DNA from: Sphingomonas sp. | GTDB taxonomy: Bacteria; Pseudomonadota; Alphaproteobacteria; Sphingomonadales; Sphingomonadaceae | Length of the DNA stretch: 64,000 bases | NCBI GenBank assembly: GCA_049318505.1 | Contig: JBMOGG010000001.1 | Location: 53,677-117,676, forward strand | Reading direction: 5' to 3' | In this document: positions 1-9,655 of the stretch, piece after piece | Numbering within the stretch: position 1 is the first letter of the stretch | How the letters are laid out: the number at the start of each line of letters is the position of its first letter | Translations under genes and position numbers: made by a program | Notes under the pieces: model-generated | Told to the model about the DNA's origin: nothing | The model's database searches: none | Seen by the model: only the letters and a program-made list of their open reading frames with translations

Positions 1-903
1 GGCCAGCCCATCCTGACGCCCAAGGTCTTGATCCCTTTCTTCGTCGCGACGATCATCTGGGGGTCGACCTGGCTTGTTATCCGCGATCAGCTGGGCCTCG
101 TGCCGCCGACCTGGAGCGTCGCCTACCGGTTCCTCATTGGCAGCGCTGCGATGTTCGCCTGGGCGCTCATGACCCGTGCGCCGCTGAACATCGGACGTGA
201 AGGGCAGGTCTTTGCCGCGCTGTTCGGCTTTGCCCAGTTCGTGCTCAATTTCAATTTCATCTACCGGGCAGAGGATCACATCACCTCGGGGCTGGTCGCG
301 GTGGTCTTCGCGCTGCTGATCGTGCCGAATGCGGTGCTGGGGGCGCTTTTCCTGAAGCAACCCCTTTCGCGCCGTTTTCTGGCAGGATCGGCGGTGGCCG
401 TCATCGGCGTCGCGCTGCTGATCGTGCAGGAGGCGCGGCGCGATGGCGCAACGGCGGCCGCAACCTGGCTGGGCGTCACGCTGACCCTGCTCGGCATGAT
501 GTCGGCCTCGGTCGCCAACATCATGCAGGGGACTGAGCGGGCACGAGTGCTGCCGATGGCGTCGGTGCTTGCCTGGGGCATGCTGTGGGGCGGACTGATG
601 AATGTGGCGCTCGCGCTGTCGACCGTCGGCGGGCCAGTGTTCGAACCGCGTCCCATGTACTGGATTGGTGTCGTCTATCTGGGCGTTGCCGCGAGCGCGG
701 TGGCCTTCACCTGCTATTTCGGCGTGATCCGCGCGATCGGCCCGGCGCGCGCGGCCTATTCGGGCGTACTGACGCCGATCTTGGCGATGCTGCTGTCGAC
801 GCTGTTCGAGGATTACCGCTGGACGGCGCTGGCGGTGGCTGGCGGCGTCGTCGCGATGGTCGGGTTGCTCATTGCCCTAAGCGCGAAGCGCGTCACGACC
901 TGA
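1..903 (+). CDS. EamA/DMT family transporter (5' end probably outside window)
   Basis: 10-TM-like hydrophobic protein with an EamA-type N-terminus (FVATIIWGSTWLVI). The frame stays open back to nt 1. Confidence 0.8.
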   Translation, partial: GQPILTPKVLIPFFVATIIWGSTWLVIRDQLGLVPPTWSVAYRFLIGSAAMFAWALMTRAPLNIGREGQVFAALFGFAQFVLNFNFIYRAEDHITSGLVAVVFALLIVPNAVLGALFLKQPLSRRFLAGSAVAVIGVALLIVQEARRDGATAAATWLGVTLTLLGMMSASVANIMQGTERARVLPMASVLAWGMLWGGLMNVALALSTVGGPVFEPRPMYWIGVVYLGVAASAVAFTCYFGVIRAIGPARAAYSGVLTPILAMLLSTLFEDYRWTALAVAGGVVAMVGLLIALSAKRVTT

Positions 904-1653
904 ACTGAGCGCGCGCAGGCCGGCGACGAAGTCGGAATAGGCGGGGGTCCAGCCAAGCACCCGCTTTGCCTTGCCATTGGCGACCCGGCGATTCTCCGCG
1001 TAAAAGGCGCGGGCCTGAGGCGACAAGCTTTCGAGCGGGACGAACGGCGGCGGTGCGATGCCGAGAAGGCGCGCCGCCGCTTCCAAAACTGCATTCTGGT
1101 CGCATGGCCGGTCATCGGACAGGTTATAGGCACCGGGCGGGGCGTCGAACGCGGCGATGACGCCCGATACGATGTCGTCGACATGCACGCGGCTGAACAC
1201 CTGGCCCGGGACGTCGACACGATGCGCGGCCTCGCTTACCACCCGGTCGAGCGCCGACCGTCCCGGACCATAGATGCCGGGCAGGCGACACACATGTGCG
1301 CCCAGCGCAAGCCACGCCGCATCCTCATCGATCCGTCCGCCCCGCCGCCCGTTCAGCGGTGCGCTCTCGTCGACCCAAGCGCCAGCGGCATCGCCATAGA
1401 CGCCCGTCGACGACAGATAACCGAGCCATTTGTCGTGGAGCAAAGGCCCATAGAGATCCAGCAGACCTGATCCGGGCGGAATGGTGCAGATTACATGCGT
1501 TGCCCGCGCCACGATAGCGCTGACGGCTGGATAATCGTCGAACCGTATCGGACTGCCGCCGCCCGTACCTGAGACGTCCCAGCCCAGATCGCCCAGCCGC
1601 GCCGCCAATCGCTTTCCAGTGTAGCCGAGGCCGAAGATGAACGCGCGCGCCAT
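877..1653 (-). CDS. NAD-dependent epimerase/dehydratase-like SDR family oxidoreductase
   Basis: N-terminal MARAFIFGLGYTG Rossmann motif. The ATG at 1653 was chosen over the longer ORF. The 3' end overlaps the EamA gene by 27 nt. Confidence 0.7.
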   Translation of the reverse strand: MARAFIFGLGYTGKRLAARLGDLGWDVSGTGGGSPIRFDDYPAVSAIVARATHVICTIPPGSGLLDLYGPLLHDKWLGYLSSTGVYGDAAGAWVDESAPLNGRRGGRIDEDAAWLALGAHVCRLPGIYGPGRSALDRVVSEAAHRVDVPGQVFSRVHVDDIVSGVIAAFDAPPGAYNLSDDRPCDQNAVLEAAARLLGIAPPPFVPLESLSPQARAFYAENRRVANGKAKRVLGWTPAYSDFVAGLRALSSGRDALRA

Positions 1654-1669
1654 GGCGACCGCAGTGGCG

Positions 1670-2890
1670 CTATTTCGCCTTCGCCTCAACCTCTGCGAGG
1701 TGCGCCGCCTTCCAGTCCATCGCCATGCGGATACGTGTTTTGCCCGACGGGTGATCGAAGAACAGGAATTCCTCAACCGGCACGGGCTCGATCTTGCGAT
1801 ATTCGCTCAGCGCCAGCGCGGTCGTGGCAAAGCCGTCGGGCTCTCGCGCCGCGCTGAGACCAAAAGCGTCTGCCTCGCTTTCATTGACCCGTATCAGCGT
1901 GTTGGTGACGGGGGTCAGGAACACGCCGATAATGGCGACCACGATGAAGAAGACCGGAATGGCGGCGGGATCCGCGACGTCGCGCACGCCCCACCCGGCG
2001 CCGTAGCGCTGGATGATCGCAGGCACCGCGCGAAAAGCGATGAAGAAAACGAGCAGAAAGATCACGGTAAAGGCGACGATCGATTTCCAGACATGGCCGA
2101 GCACATAATGGCCCAGTTCATGGCCCATCACCGCAGCCGTTTCGGCCGGTGTCGTCCGGTTGAGCAGATTGTCGTTGAGCGAGATGCGGATCGTGGGGCC
2201 GAGGCCGGAGACGTTCGCCGAGATCCGTTTGGTCTGTTTCGACGCGTCGAACACATAGATATGCTCGGCGGGCACGTTGTTGGCTTTCGCCATGGCCACG
2301 ATGCGGTCGCGCAAGGGCCCAGCCTTCATCTCGGTATAGGTATTGAACATCGGCGACACGAAGACCGGCACGACCATAGCGCCAAAGGCGACAAACGCGC
2401 TCATGGTCAGCGCGCCCCAAAGCCACCAGCGTTTCGGGCTCTTGCGGATGACGGCCATCACGATGGTGAACAGGATTATGCTGCCGATGACATTGATGCC
2501 CAGCCCCTTGCCCTGGTCGAGCAGCCAATCGCCGAACGACTGGTTCATTAGGTCATATTGTTTTTCCCGGAAATAGCTGGTGTAGATCGTCCAGGGCAGC
2601 ACGATCAGCGAGCCGGCGACGGCATAAGGGACGCTGAACAGCGCCGGTGCCAACCAGCGCGGCGCGATCCGCTCGGCCCAGTCTCGCCAGTGACGCGCAA
2701 GGCCGAAGTGGAGCTGGACAAGCTCGCCCGCAATCGCGACGAGGGCGCCCCAGAGGATCAGCCAATAGCCGCCTTCGAAATAGGCGTCGGACTTAGCGCG
2801 CGCCGCCCCTTTCAGCGTGGCCAGATAGGCCTGGGTCGCTGCTTCCGGATCGAAAGCGGCGACGGCGGCCGCCAGCTGTACTAATGTCAT
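1670..2890 (-). CDS. M48 family (Ste24/HtpX-like) zinc metallopeptidase, membrane
   Basis: HELGH zinc motif (MGHELGHYVLGH), several TM segments, GAGGA RBS before the ATG at 2890. Confidence 0.85.
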   Translation of the reverse strand: MTLVQLAAAVAAFDPEAATQAYLATLKGAARAKSDAYFEGGYWLILWGALVAIAGELVQLHFGLARHWRDWAERIAPRWLAPALFSVPYAVAGSLIVLPWTIYTSYFREKQYDLMNQSFGDWLLDQGKGLGINVIGSIILFTIVMAVIRKSPKRWWLWGALTMSAFVAFGAMVVPVFVSPMFNTYTEMKAGPLRDRIVAMAKANNVPAEHIYVFDASKQTKRISANVSGLGPTIRISLNDNLLNRTTPAETAAVMGHELGHYVLGHVWKSIVAFTVIFLLVFFIAFRAVPAIIQRYGAGWGVRDVADPAAIPVFFIVVAIIGVFLTPVTNTLIRVNESEADAFGLSAAREPDGFATTALALSEYRKIEPVPVEEFLFFDHPSGKTRIRMAMDWKAAHLAEVEAKAK

Positions 2891-2947
2891 GGTTGGTCCT
2901 CGTGTGTTAGTGCGATACTACACGCAGCGACTGGCGCGGCAACCAGT

Positions 2948-4567
2948 CTATTCACCGTCGGCGCCAAACCCTTTGTACAACCTGCCGAAGAAATCGCCCT
3001 TGTTCCAGCGCGGTCGATCGGGCGTGTCGGCCAGGTCGCGCGCAATGGCGAGATTGAGCGCGACAAACTTGCTCGCTGCGGCCCAGTTGAATGGCAGCTT
3101 CATGTCGTCCGAAGGCTGGTGGTAATGATCCTTTGTGAACGCGCCCGACGCCGTGGCACCATCGCCCCCCGGGCCGCTGACAAGGAACACCGACGGAATG
3201 CCCTGCTGTACGAAGCGGTAATGGTCTGACCGGGTAAAAATGCCCTGTTCGGGCTCGGGATCGGGGACAAGGCCGACGCCTATGGTCGCCCCGGCGCGCG
3301 CGACCGCGGGGCCGATGCTCGAACGCTCCGCCCCGAACGCGACGACATCCTTGAAGTCGTAGGTGACGATCGGCATGTCGAGGTTCACGTCAGCAACAAT
3401 GTTGGCCTTGGGAACCGTCGGGTTGTTCGCGAAATAATCTGCACCGACCAGCCCCTTTTCCTCGGCCGTCACCGCAAGGAAGAGGATCGAGCGCTTGGGC
3501 CTGACGCCCGAATGCTTGAAACCGTGCGCGACTTCGATCATCGAGGCGATGCCCATCGCATTGTCCATCGCGCCGTTGCAGATCGTGTCGCCCTTGACCT
3601 CGGGACAGATGCCGACATGGTCGAGGTGCGCCGACAGCACGACGATCTGGTCCTTGAGCGCGGGGTCCGACCCTTCGAGAAGCCCGGCGACATTGCTGCT
3701 GGCGACCGCCTTGATCTCGGTCTTTAGAAATACGCGGGCCGAAAGCGGCAGCGCCATGCGCTTGGGATTGGCGGACTTGCTCTCGGCAGCGGCGAAGACC
3801 GCTTCGGCGCCACCTGGCGTCCCTGCAAACAGCTTGGCGGCACCGGTAAGACTGAGTGTCGCGAGATTCGTCGCACTCCCCCCGGGGAAGCTGGGCGCCC
3901 CGCTCGCATCTGCCCAGGTCGCGCCCAGATAGCGCCAGTTGCGGGCGCTGCGGGCGAAGGGCGAGACCTTCTCGCGCGTCGGCGTGTAAACGGTGATCAT
4001 GCCCACGGCGCCATGCTCGGCCGCGGTGTGCCGCTTGCTGATGCCATTGCCGTAATGCGCGCGTTCCTCCGTTGGCAGCGTCGCGGGCGCGCCCGCCAGC
4101 ACGACGACGATCTTTCCCTTGACGTCCAGCCCGGCATAGTCGTCGCGCTTGAAGCTTGGCGCGACCACACCAAAGCCGACGAAAACCAGCGGCGCGTCCT
4201 TGGTTATCTCCGCGGCTGCCGGATTACCGCTCGGCAGGTAATCGACGCCGAATTCGAGCTTGGATGCCGCCTTGCCCTTGATCAGTTCGACGCTTCCCTT
4301 GTCCGCTACTCGGAAGGTGACGAGCGGCACCGGCTGGATAAAGCTGTCGTTGCCTCCGGCCGGCTTCAGCCCCAGCGCATCGAACCGCGAGGCGACATAG
4401 CGGGCGGCAATGTCATATTCGGGCGAACCGGCCTCGCGCCCCTTCATTTCGTCACTGGCGAGGAAGCCGACGTGCGCCCGCATTTCGCCAGGCTCTGGCT
4501 GCCAGCTCTGGGCCGCAAGCGGCGCAGCAAGCGCGATCAACGAAGCGGCCGTGACAAAGCGCAACAT
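2948..4567 (-). CDS. M28 family aminopeptidase with PA domain, secreted
   Basis: Signal peptide MLRFVTAASLIALAAPLAAQ and M28 metal-ligand regions (HLDH, DNAMG, EE). AGGAGA RBS lies 7 nt before the ATG at 4567. Confidence 0.85.
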   Translation of the reverse strand: MLRFVTAASLIALAAPLAAQSWQPEPGEMRAHVGFLASDEMKGREAGSPEYDIAARYVASRFDALGLKPAGGNDSFIQPVPLVTFRVADKGSVELIKGKAASKLEFGVDYLPSGNPAAAEITKDAPLVFVGFGVVAPSFKRDDYAGLDVKGKIVVVLAGAPATLPTEERAHYGNGISKRHTAAEHGAVGMITVYTPTREKVSPFARSARNWRYLGATWADASGAPSFPGGSATNLATLSLTGAAKLFAGTPGGAEAVFAAAESKSANPKRMALPLSARVFLKTEIKAVASSNVAGLLEGSDPALKDQIVVLSAHLDHVGICPEVKGDTICNGAMDNAMGIASMIEVAHGFKHSGVRPKRSILFLAVTAEEKGLVGADYFANNPTVPKANIVADVNLDMPIVTYDFKDVVAFGAERSSIGPAVARAGATIGVGLVPDPEPEQGIFTRSDHYRFVQQGIPSVFLVSGPGGDGATASGAFTKDHYHQPSDDMKLPFNWAAASKFVALNLAIARDLADTPDRPRWNKGDFFGRLYKGFGADGE

Positions 4568-4663
4568 TCGAACTCTCCTGTGAAATTGCACGACTGGCTA
4601 TCGATTGGGGCGTTTGCGCGCAATCCTGCTCGCAACACTGTGTGAGAGTGCTAAAGTGTCAAG

Positions 4664-7261
4664 ATGCTCGATGTCCAAACTGCCGCGCCTGTCGCCACCG
4701 ACACACCCCCTATCGTTCGCCGCGAAGATTATCGCGCGCCTTACTGGCTGGTCCCTGATATCTCGCTCGATTTCGATCTGTCGCCGTCGAAAACGCGTAT
4801 TGCTGCGACGCTTTCGGTGGTGCGCAATGGCGACCACGACCACCCGCTCGTACTCGATGGCGGCGGCCTTACGCCACTGTCGGTCAAGGTTAATGGGCAG
4901 GCGGTCAACGACTGGAGGCTCGCGGGCGACACGCTCGTCATCCCGCTGGCTGGTGCCACCGCAATGATCGAAACCGAAGTCGAGATCGCGCCCGAACGGA
5001 ATACGCAGCTGATGGGGCTTTATGACTCGGGCGGGTTGCTGTGCACGCAGTGCGAAGCAGAAGGGTTTCGGCGGATCACTTTCTTTCCTGACCGGCCCGA
5101 TGTGCTCAGCCGCTATGTCGTGCGCATGGTCGCAGACAAGGCGGCCTATCCGGTCCTGCTGTCGAATGGCGATCATGTTGGCGCGGGCGACGCGGCCGGC
5201 GGCCGGCACTGGGCCGAATGGCGCGATCCGCATCCCAAGCCCTGCTATCTTTTCGCGCTGGTGGCCGGCGACCTGAGCGTGAACGCCGACAGTTTCACGA
5301 CAATGGGCGGGCGCAAGGTCGCACTCGGCATCTGGGTGCGCGCCGCCGATGTGGCCAAGACCACGCATGCCATGGCTGCCCTGAAGGCGTCGATGGCCTG
5401 GGACGAGGCGGTCTATGGCCGCGAATATGATCTCGACGTGTTCAACATCGTTGCGGTCGACGACTTCAACTTCGGCGCAATGGAGAACAAGGGGCTAAAC
5501 ATCTTCAACAGCCGCTACATCCTTGCCGATCCCGACACCGCGACCGACCTCGACTATGATGGGGTGGCCGGCGTCGTGGCGCACGAATATTTCCACAATT
5601 GGTCGGGCAACCGCGTGACGTGCCGCGACTGGTTCCAGCTCTCCTTGAAAGAGGGCTTCACCGTCTTTCGCGACCAGTCGTTTTCGGCGGACCAGGGATC
5701 GGCGGCGGTCAAGCGGATCGAGGATGTGCGCGGGTTGCGGGCGAGCCAGTTCCCCGAGGATGCCGGGCCGCTCTCGCACCCGATCCGCCCTGAATCCTAC
5801 ATGGAAATCGGCAATTTCTACACGGCGACCGTCTATTCGAAGGGCGCCGAGGTCATCCGAATGATGCATACCATGCTGGGGCCCGAGCGCTTCCGGGCAG
5901 GGACCGACCTGTATTTCGAGCGGCACGACGGCCATGCCGCCACCTGCGAGGATTTTGTGCGCGCCGTGGAAGACGGCAGCGGGGTCGACCTCACCGCCTT
6001 TCGCCGGTGGTACGAGCAGGCCGGCACGCCGAAGCTGGAGGCATCGGTCCGGATGGACGGCGACACGGCAGTGCTGTCGCTGGAGCAAACTGTGCCGCCG
6101 ACGCCCGGCCAGCGGCTGAAGGCTGCTATGCCGCTCCCGATAAGGCTGGCCCTGTTCGACCGGGCCACGGGCGATCACCGCGGTGAAATCCTGCACGTGC
6201 TGGAGGTAGCAAACGCGGAACTCCGCTTTGAAGGCTGGGCGACGCGCCCGGTGCTGTCGATCAATCGTGGTTTCTCCGCGCCGATCATCGTCGAGACCGA
6301 CCGCACGCAAGACGATCTCGCTTTCCTGTCGGCGCACGATGATGATCCCTTTGCGCGCTACGAAGCGATGCAACAGCTGATGCTCGACACGCTGGTTGCG
6401 GAAGTTTCGGGCAATCCGCTCGATCCGCGCGCGGTGATCGATGCTGTCGGCGCGACACTCGATGATCCCGATCTCGACCCCGCGTTCATCGGCGAGGCCG
6501 TTTTGTTGCCGACCGAGGCCTTTATCGGCGATCAGTTGCTCGTCGTCGATCCCGAAGCCATTTCCGCCGCACGCGAGAAATTGCGGGTTGCGATTGGCAA
6601 GGCGCATCTGCCGCGTTGGCGGGCACTTTACCAAGCTAATGGCGGGCGCGCGTTCGACTATTCGCCCCAGGGCAAGGGCGCGCGGCGGATCCGCAACGTG
6701 GCGCTTGGCTCGATCGCGGCGGCCGACCCGGCGGAAGGGGCCAAGCTCGCCTTCGCGCAATTCGGCGCGGCCGATAACATGACCGACCGGATGGCCGCGA
6801 TGATGACGCTGGCGAACGGCGACACCGCAGAGCGGGTGGCAGCGCTCGACATTTTCTACAACCGCTATCGCGGCAATGCGCTCGTCATCGACAAATGGTT
6901 TTCGACGCAGGCCTTGTCGACAAGGCCCGATACGCTGAACGCGGTCGAGGAACTGCTGCGCCATCCCGACTTTGCCTATACCAACCCCAACCGCTTCCGG
7001 GCGCTTGTCGGCGCGTTCACGGTCAACCAGCGCGCGTTTCACGAGGGAAAGGGGCGCGGCTACGCATTCCTCGCCGACCAGATCCTCGCGCTCGATCCGG
7101 TCAATCCGCAGACGGCGGCCAAGATGGTGCCGCCGCTAGGCCGCTGGCGGCGGTTCGACGACGGCCGCGCCAGCTTGATGCGGGCTGCGCTCGAGCGCAT
7201 CGTTGCCCAGCCGGGCGTGTCGAAGGACGTGTACGAACAGGCGTCGAAGTCCCTCGTCTAG
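4664..7261 (+). CDS. pepN: aminopeptidase N
   Basis: GAMENKG exopeptidase motif and HEYFHNWSGNRVT zinc motif; 865 aa. Confidence 0.95.
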   Translation: MLDVQTAAPVATDTPPIVRREDYRAPYWLVPDISLDFDLSPSKTRIAATLSVVRNGDHDHPLVLDGGGLTPLSVKVNGQAVNDWRLAGDTLVIPLAGATAMIETEVEIAPERNTQLMGLYDSGGLLCTQCEAEGFRRITFFPDRPDVLSRYVVRMVADKAAYPVLLSNGDHVGAGDAAGGRHWAEWRDPHPKPCYLFALVAGDLSVNADSFTTMGGRKVALGIWVRAADVAKTTHAMAALKASMAWDEAVYGREYDLDVFNIVAVDDFNFGAMENKGLNIFNSRYILADPDTATDLDYDGVAGVVAHEYFHNWSGNRVTCRDWFQLSLKEGFTVFRDQSFSADQGSAAVKRIEDVRGLRASQFPEDAGPLSHPIRPESYMEIGNFYTATVYSKGAEVIRMMHTMLGPERFRAGTDLYFERHDGHAATCEDFVRAVEDGSGVDLTAFRRWYEQAGTPKLEASVRMDGDTAVLSLEQTVPPTPGQRLKAAMPLPIRLALFDRATGDHRGEILHVLEVANAELRFEGWATRPVLSINRGFSAPIIVETDRTQDDLAFLSAHDDDPFARYEAMQQLMLDTLVAEVSGNPLDPRAVIDAVGATLDDPDLDPAFIGEAVLLPTEAFIGDQLLVVDPEAISAAREKLRVAIGKAHLPRWRALYQANGGRAFDYSPQGKGARRIRNVALGSIAAADPAEGAKLAFAQFGAADNMTDRMAAMMTLANGDTAERVAALDIFYNRYRGNALVIDKWFSTQALSTRPDTLNAVEELLRHPDFAYTNPNRFRALVGAFTVNQRAFHEGKGRGYAFLADQILALDPVNPQTAAKMVPPLGRWRRFDDGRASLMRAALERIVAQPGVSKDVYEQASKSLV

Positions 7262-7266
7262 GGCCG

Positions 7267-7845
7267 TTACTTCACCCAGTCCGCGACCTGTGCCGCCAGA
7301 TCGTTGGCCGCGCGGTTGAGCGCCGTTCCCGCTTGCGGCGCATCGATGGCGGCCAGAGGTGCCTTTGCCTCGAACCGGCGGGTCTCCACGCGGCTCGCGT
7401 CGCGCGACAGCTGCGCGTCGAAGGTGATCACCGCCTGCATCGCGCCAGGATCGATGCCGAAACGCTGCAACTGCCCTGACAACCGCATCGCCGGGTTCGT
7501 GCCGAACTGGCGCGGGTCGAGCACGACCTTTGTCGTGCGTGCGGTGACCGTTTCGGACAGCACGCGCTGGAGGGCCCGGACCGGCGGCTCGTTCCACGCG
7601 CCAGCTGCGACATAGGAGATGGCGGTCCCATCATAGACCGGGATGCGCACCGTCGAGACAGCTGCATTGGCTGTCGGGGTCAGGATAAGCACCGTGTTAT
7701 CGGCGGCGGCCTGTCGTACCGTCCCGACCGGCACGGATGCGGATGCCGTCAGCATCATCAGCATCTTCGGCGCCTTGGCACCGAAGCTGAGGCAGCCCCC
7801 CAGCCCAAGTAAAAGGAGCGCGGCGCATGTTGCTCGACGGATCAT
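7267..7845 (-). CDS. ABC-type transport auxiliary lipoprotein component (DUF330-like)
   Basis: Lipobox LLLLGLGGC. ATGA overlap with the upstream MlaD-like gene at 7842-7845. Confidence 0.75.
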   Translation of the reverse strand: MIRRATCAALLLLGLGGCLSFGAKAPKMLMMLTASASVPVGTVRQAAADNTVLILTPTANAAVSTVRIPVYDGTAISYVAAGAWNEPPVRALQRVLSETVTARTTKVVLDPRQFGTNPAMRLSGQLQRFGIDPGAMQAVITFDAQLSRDASRVETRRFEAKAPLAAIDAPQAGTALNRAANDLAAQVADWVK

Positions 7846-8783
7846 TTGCGGTCCCCCTTGGGCTTATAGTCGGGCAGGCGCGGGCTGCCAATAATGCTGC
7901 CGGCGCCGCCCTGATCGATCTTGCCGGCAACGGCGGTCAGGCTCTCGGCCATGACGCGCAGGTCGCGCACAAGCTGGCCGACTTCGGGCAGGGTCTGTTT
8001 CGAAAAGGCCTGCACACCCGGCTGCGCGTCCTTGAGCGTTGCGTCGAGCGTGTTCATGCTGCGGTTCGCCGACGCGATCGCGCTGCGCATGTCGGTGATC
8101 AGCGGCCCGGCCTGGCCATCGACGGTCTGCGCCAGATTGCCGATCTTTTCGGCAGCGATCCCCGCCTGTTTCAGCGTCACCCGCGTCTCGGCAATCGTTG
8201 CGGCAATCTCAGGCCCGCGATCGGCAAGGCTACCTGACAGGCGGTCGACGTTTGCCAGGATGCCCGACAGCGATTTCTGGTTCTTGTCGTTGAGCAACTC
8301 AGTCAGTCGCTCGGTCAAGGTCGAGATGCGCTCCAGCAACTGTGGCGCCGAATTCAGGAGTGCGCCCAGCCCGCCGCGCTTCGTCGGGATGACGGGAACC
8401 CCAGCGGGCCCCGGATCAGTGATGGGGGGCGCGCCCTTGATTGCCCCGTCGAGCACGACCGTCGAAGGGCCGGTGAAGCTGCCCAGGATCGTCGCCGTTG
8501 TCCCTTGCAGGATGGGCGTGTCGTTCTTCAACTCCACGCGGACGCGTTTGAATTCGGGATTCTCCTTCCACAGCTCGATGGTAGTGATCTGTCCCGACGG
8601 GACGCCCGAAAAGGTCACCGTCGATCCCTTGGCCAGCCCCTCGACCGACTGCTTGAAGAAGATGTCATAGGTCTTGGTGTGGCTGCCTGCCACGCTGGAA
8701 AGCCATACCAGGAACAGCGCAATTGCGGTGAGCATCCCGAGGACGACGCTGCCCACAAGCACCTGGTTCGATCGCGTTTCCAT
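7842..8783 (-). CDS. MlaD/Mce family substrate-binding protein
   Basis: N-terminal TM anchor METRSNQVLVGSVVLGML followed by an MCE domain. The start at 8783 overlaps the stop of the ATPase gene (TGATG). Confidence 0.85.
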   Translation of the reverse strand: METRSNQVLVGSVVLGMLTAIALFLVWLSSVAGSHTKTYDIFFKQSVEGLAKGSTVTFSGVPSGQITTIELWKENPEFKRVRVELKNDTPILQGTTATILGSFTGPSTVVLDGAIKGAPPITDPGPAGVPVIPTKRGGLGALLNSAPQLLERISTLTERLTELLNDKNQKSLSGILANVDRLSGSLADRGPEIAATIAETRVTLKQAGIAAEKIGNLAQTVDGQAGPLITDMRSAIASANRSMNTLDATLKDAQPGVQAFSKQTLPEVGQLVRDLRVMAESLTAVAGKIDQGGAGSIIGSPRLPDYKPKGDRK

Positions 8784-9655
8784 CAGGCGGCACTTTCTGT
8801 TTGCGGGGCCATGGGCTGTGGGGACGGCGCGTTGGCACCGGTCACGGACGTGTCTTCGTGCCGTTTGATGGCTGCCGTCGCTGAGCGCCCGCGCGGGCCG
8901 TTGAAATATTCCTGGATCCAGGGATGGTCGAGGGCGAGCAGCTCGGGAATGGTGCCCACGGCAATCACTTTCTTGTCGGCCAGTACCGCCACCCGATCGC
9001 AAATCGCATAGAGCGTGTCGAGGTCATGGGTGATCAGGAACACGGTCAGGCCCATCGTCTGCTGCAAGTCGTGCGTCAGCTGGTCGAATGCGGCCGCGCC
9101 GATCGGGTCGAGCCCTGCCGTCGGTTCGTCGAGGAACAGCAGTTCGGGATCGAGAGCGAGCGCACGGGCGAGGCCGGCCCGCTTGCGCATACCGCCCGAC
9201 AGTTCCGACGGATATTTGGGCCCTGCATCGGCGGGCAGGCCTGCGAGGTCGACTTTGTAGCGGGCAATCTCGTCGAGCAAGGCCTTCGACAGCCTGGGAT
9301 AGAATTCGCGCAAGGGAAACTCGACATTCTCGGCGACCGTCAGCGTGGAAAAGAGCGCCCCGCCCTGGAACAACACGCCCCAGCGACGGCGGATGTCGTC
9401 ATTGTCCTCGTTGTCCTGGCGCATATCCTCGCCGAACACGCTGATCTCACCGGCCTCGGGCATTTGGAGCCCGATGATCGATCGCATCAGCACCGACTTG
9501 CCAGTGCCCGATCCGCCGACGACGCCCATGATTTCGCCGCGGCGCACGTCGAGATCGAGCCCATCGTGGACAACCGCATCGCCGAAACGGTTCGTCAGGC
9601 CACGGACGCAGACGACGATTTCGCTGTCGGGGCCCGGACTGATTCCTTCGGTCAT
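8783..9655 (-). CDS. ABC transporter ATP-binding protein (MlaF-like)
   Basis: Walker A GGSGTGKS, signature LSGGMRKR, Walker B LLFLDEPT. Confidence 0.9.
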   Translation of the reverse strand: MTEGISPGPDSEIVVCVRGLTNRFGDAVVHDGLDLDVRRGEIMGVVGGSGTGKSVLMRSIIGLQMPEAGEISVFGEDMRQDNEDNDDIRRRWGVLFQGGALFSTLTVAENVEFPLREFYPRLSKALLDEIARYKVDLAGLPADAGPKYPSELSGGMRKRAGLARALALDPELLFLDEPTAGLDPIGAAAFDQLTHDLQQTMGLTVFLITHDLDTLYAICDRVAVLADKKVIAVGTIPELLALDHPWIQEYFNGPRGRSATAAIKRHEDTSVTGANAPSPQPMAPQTESAA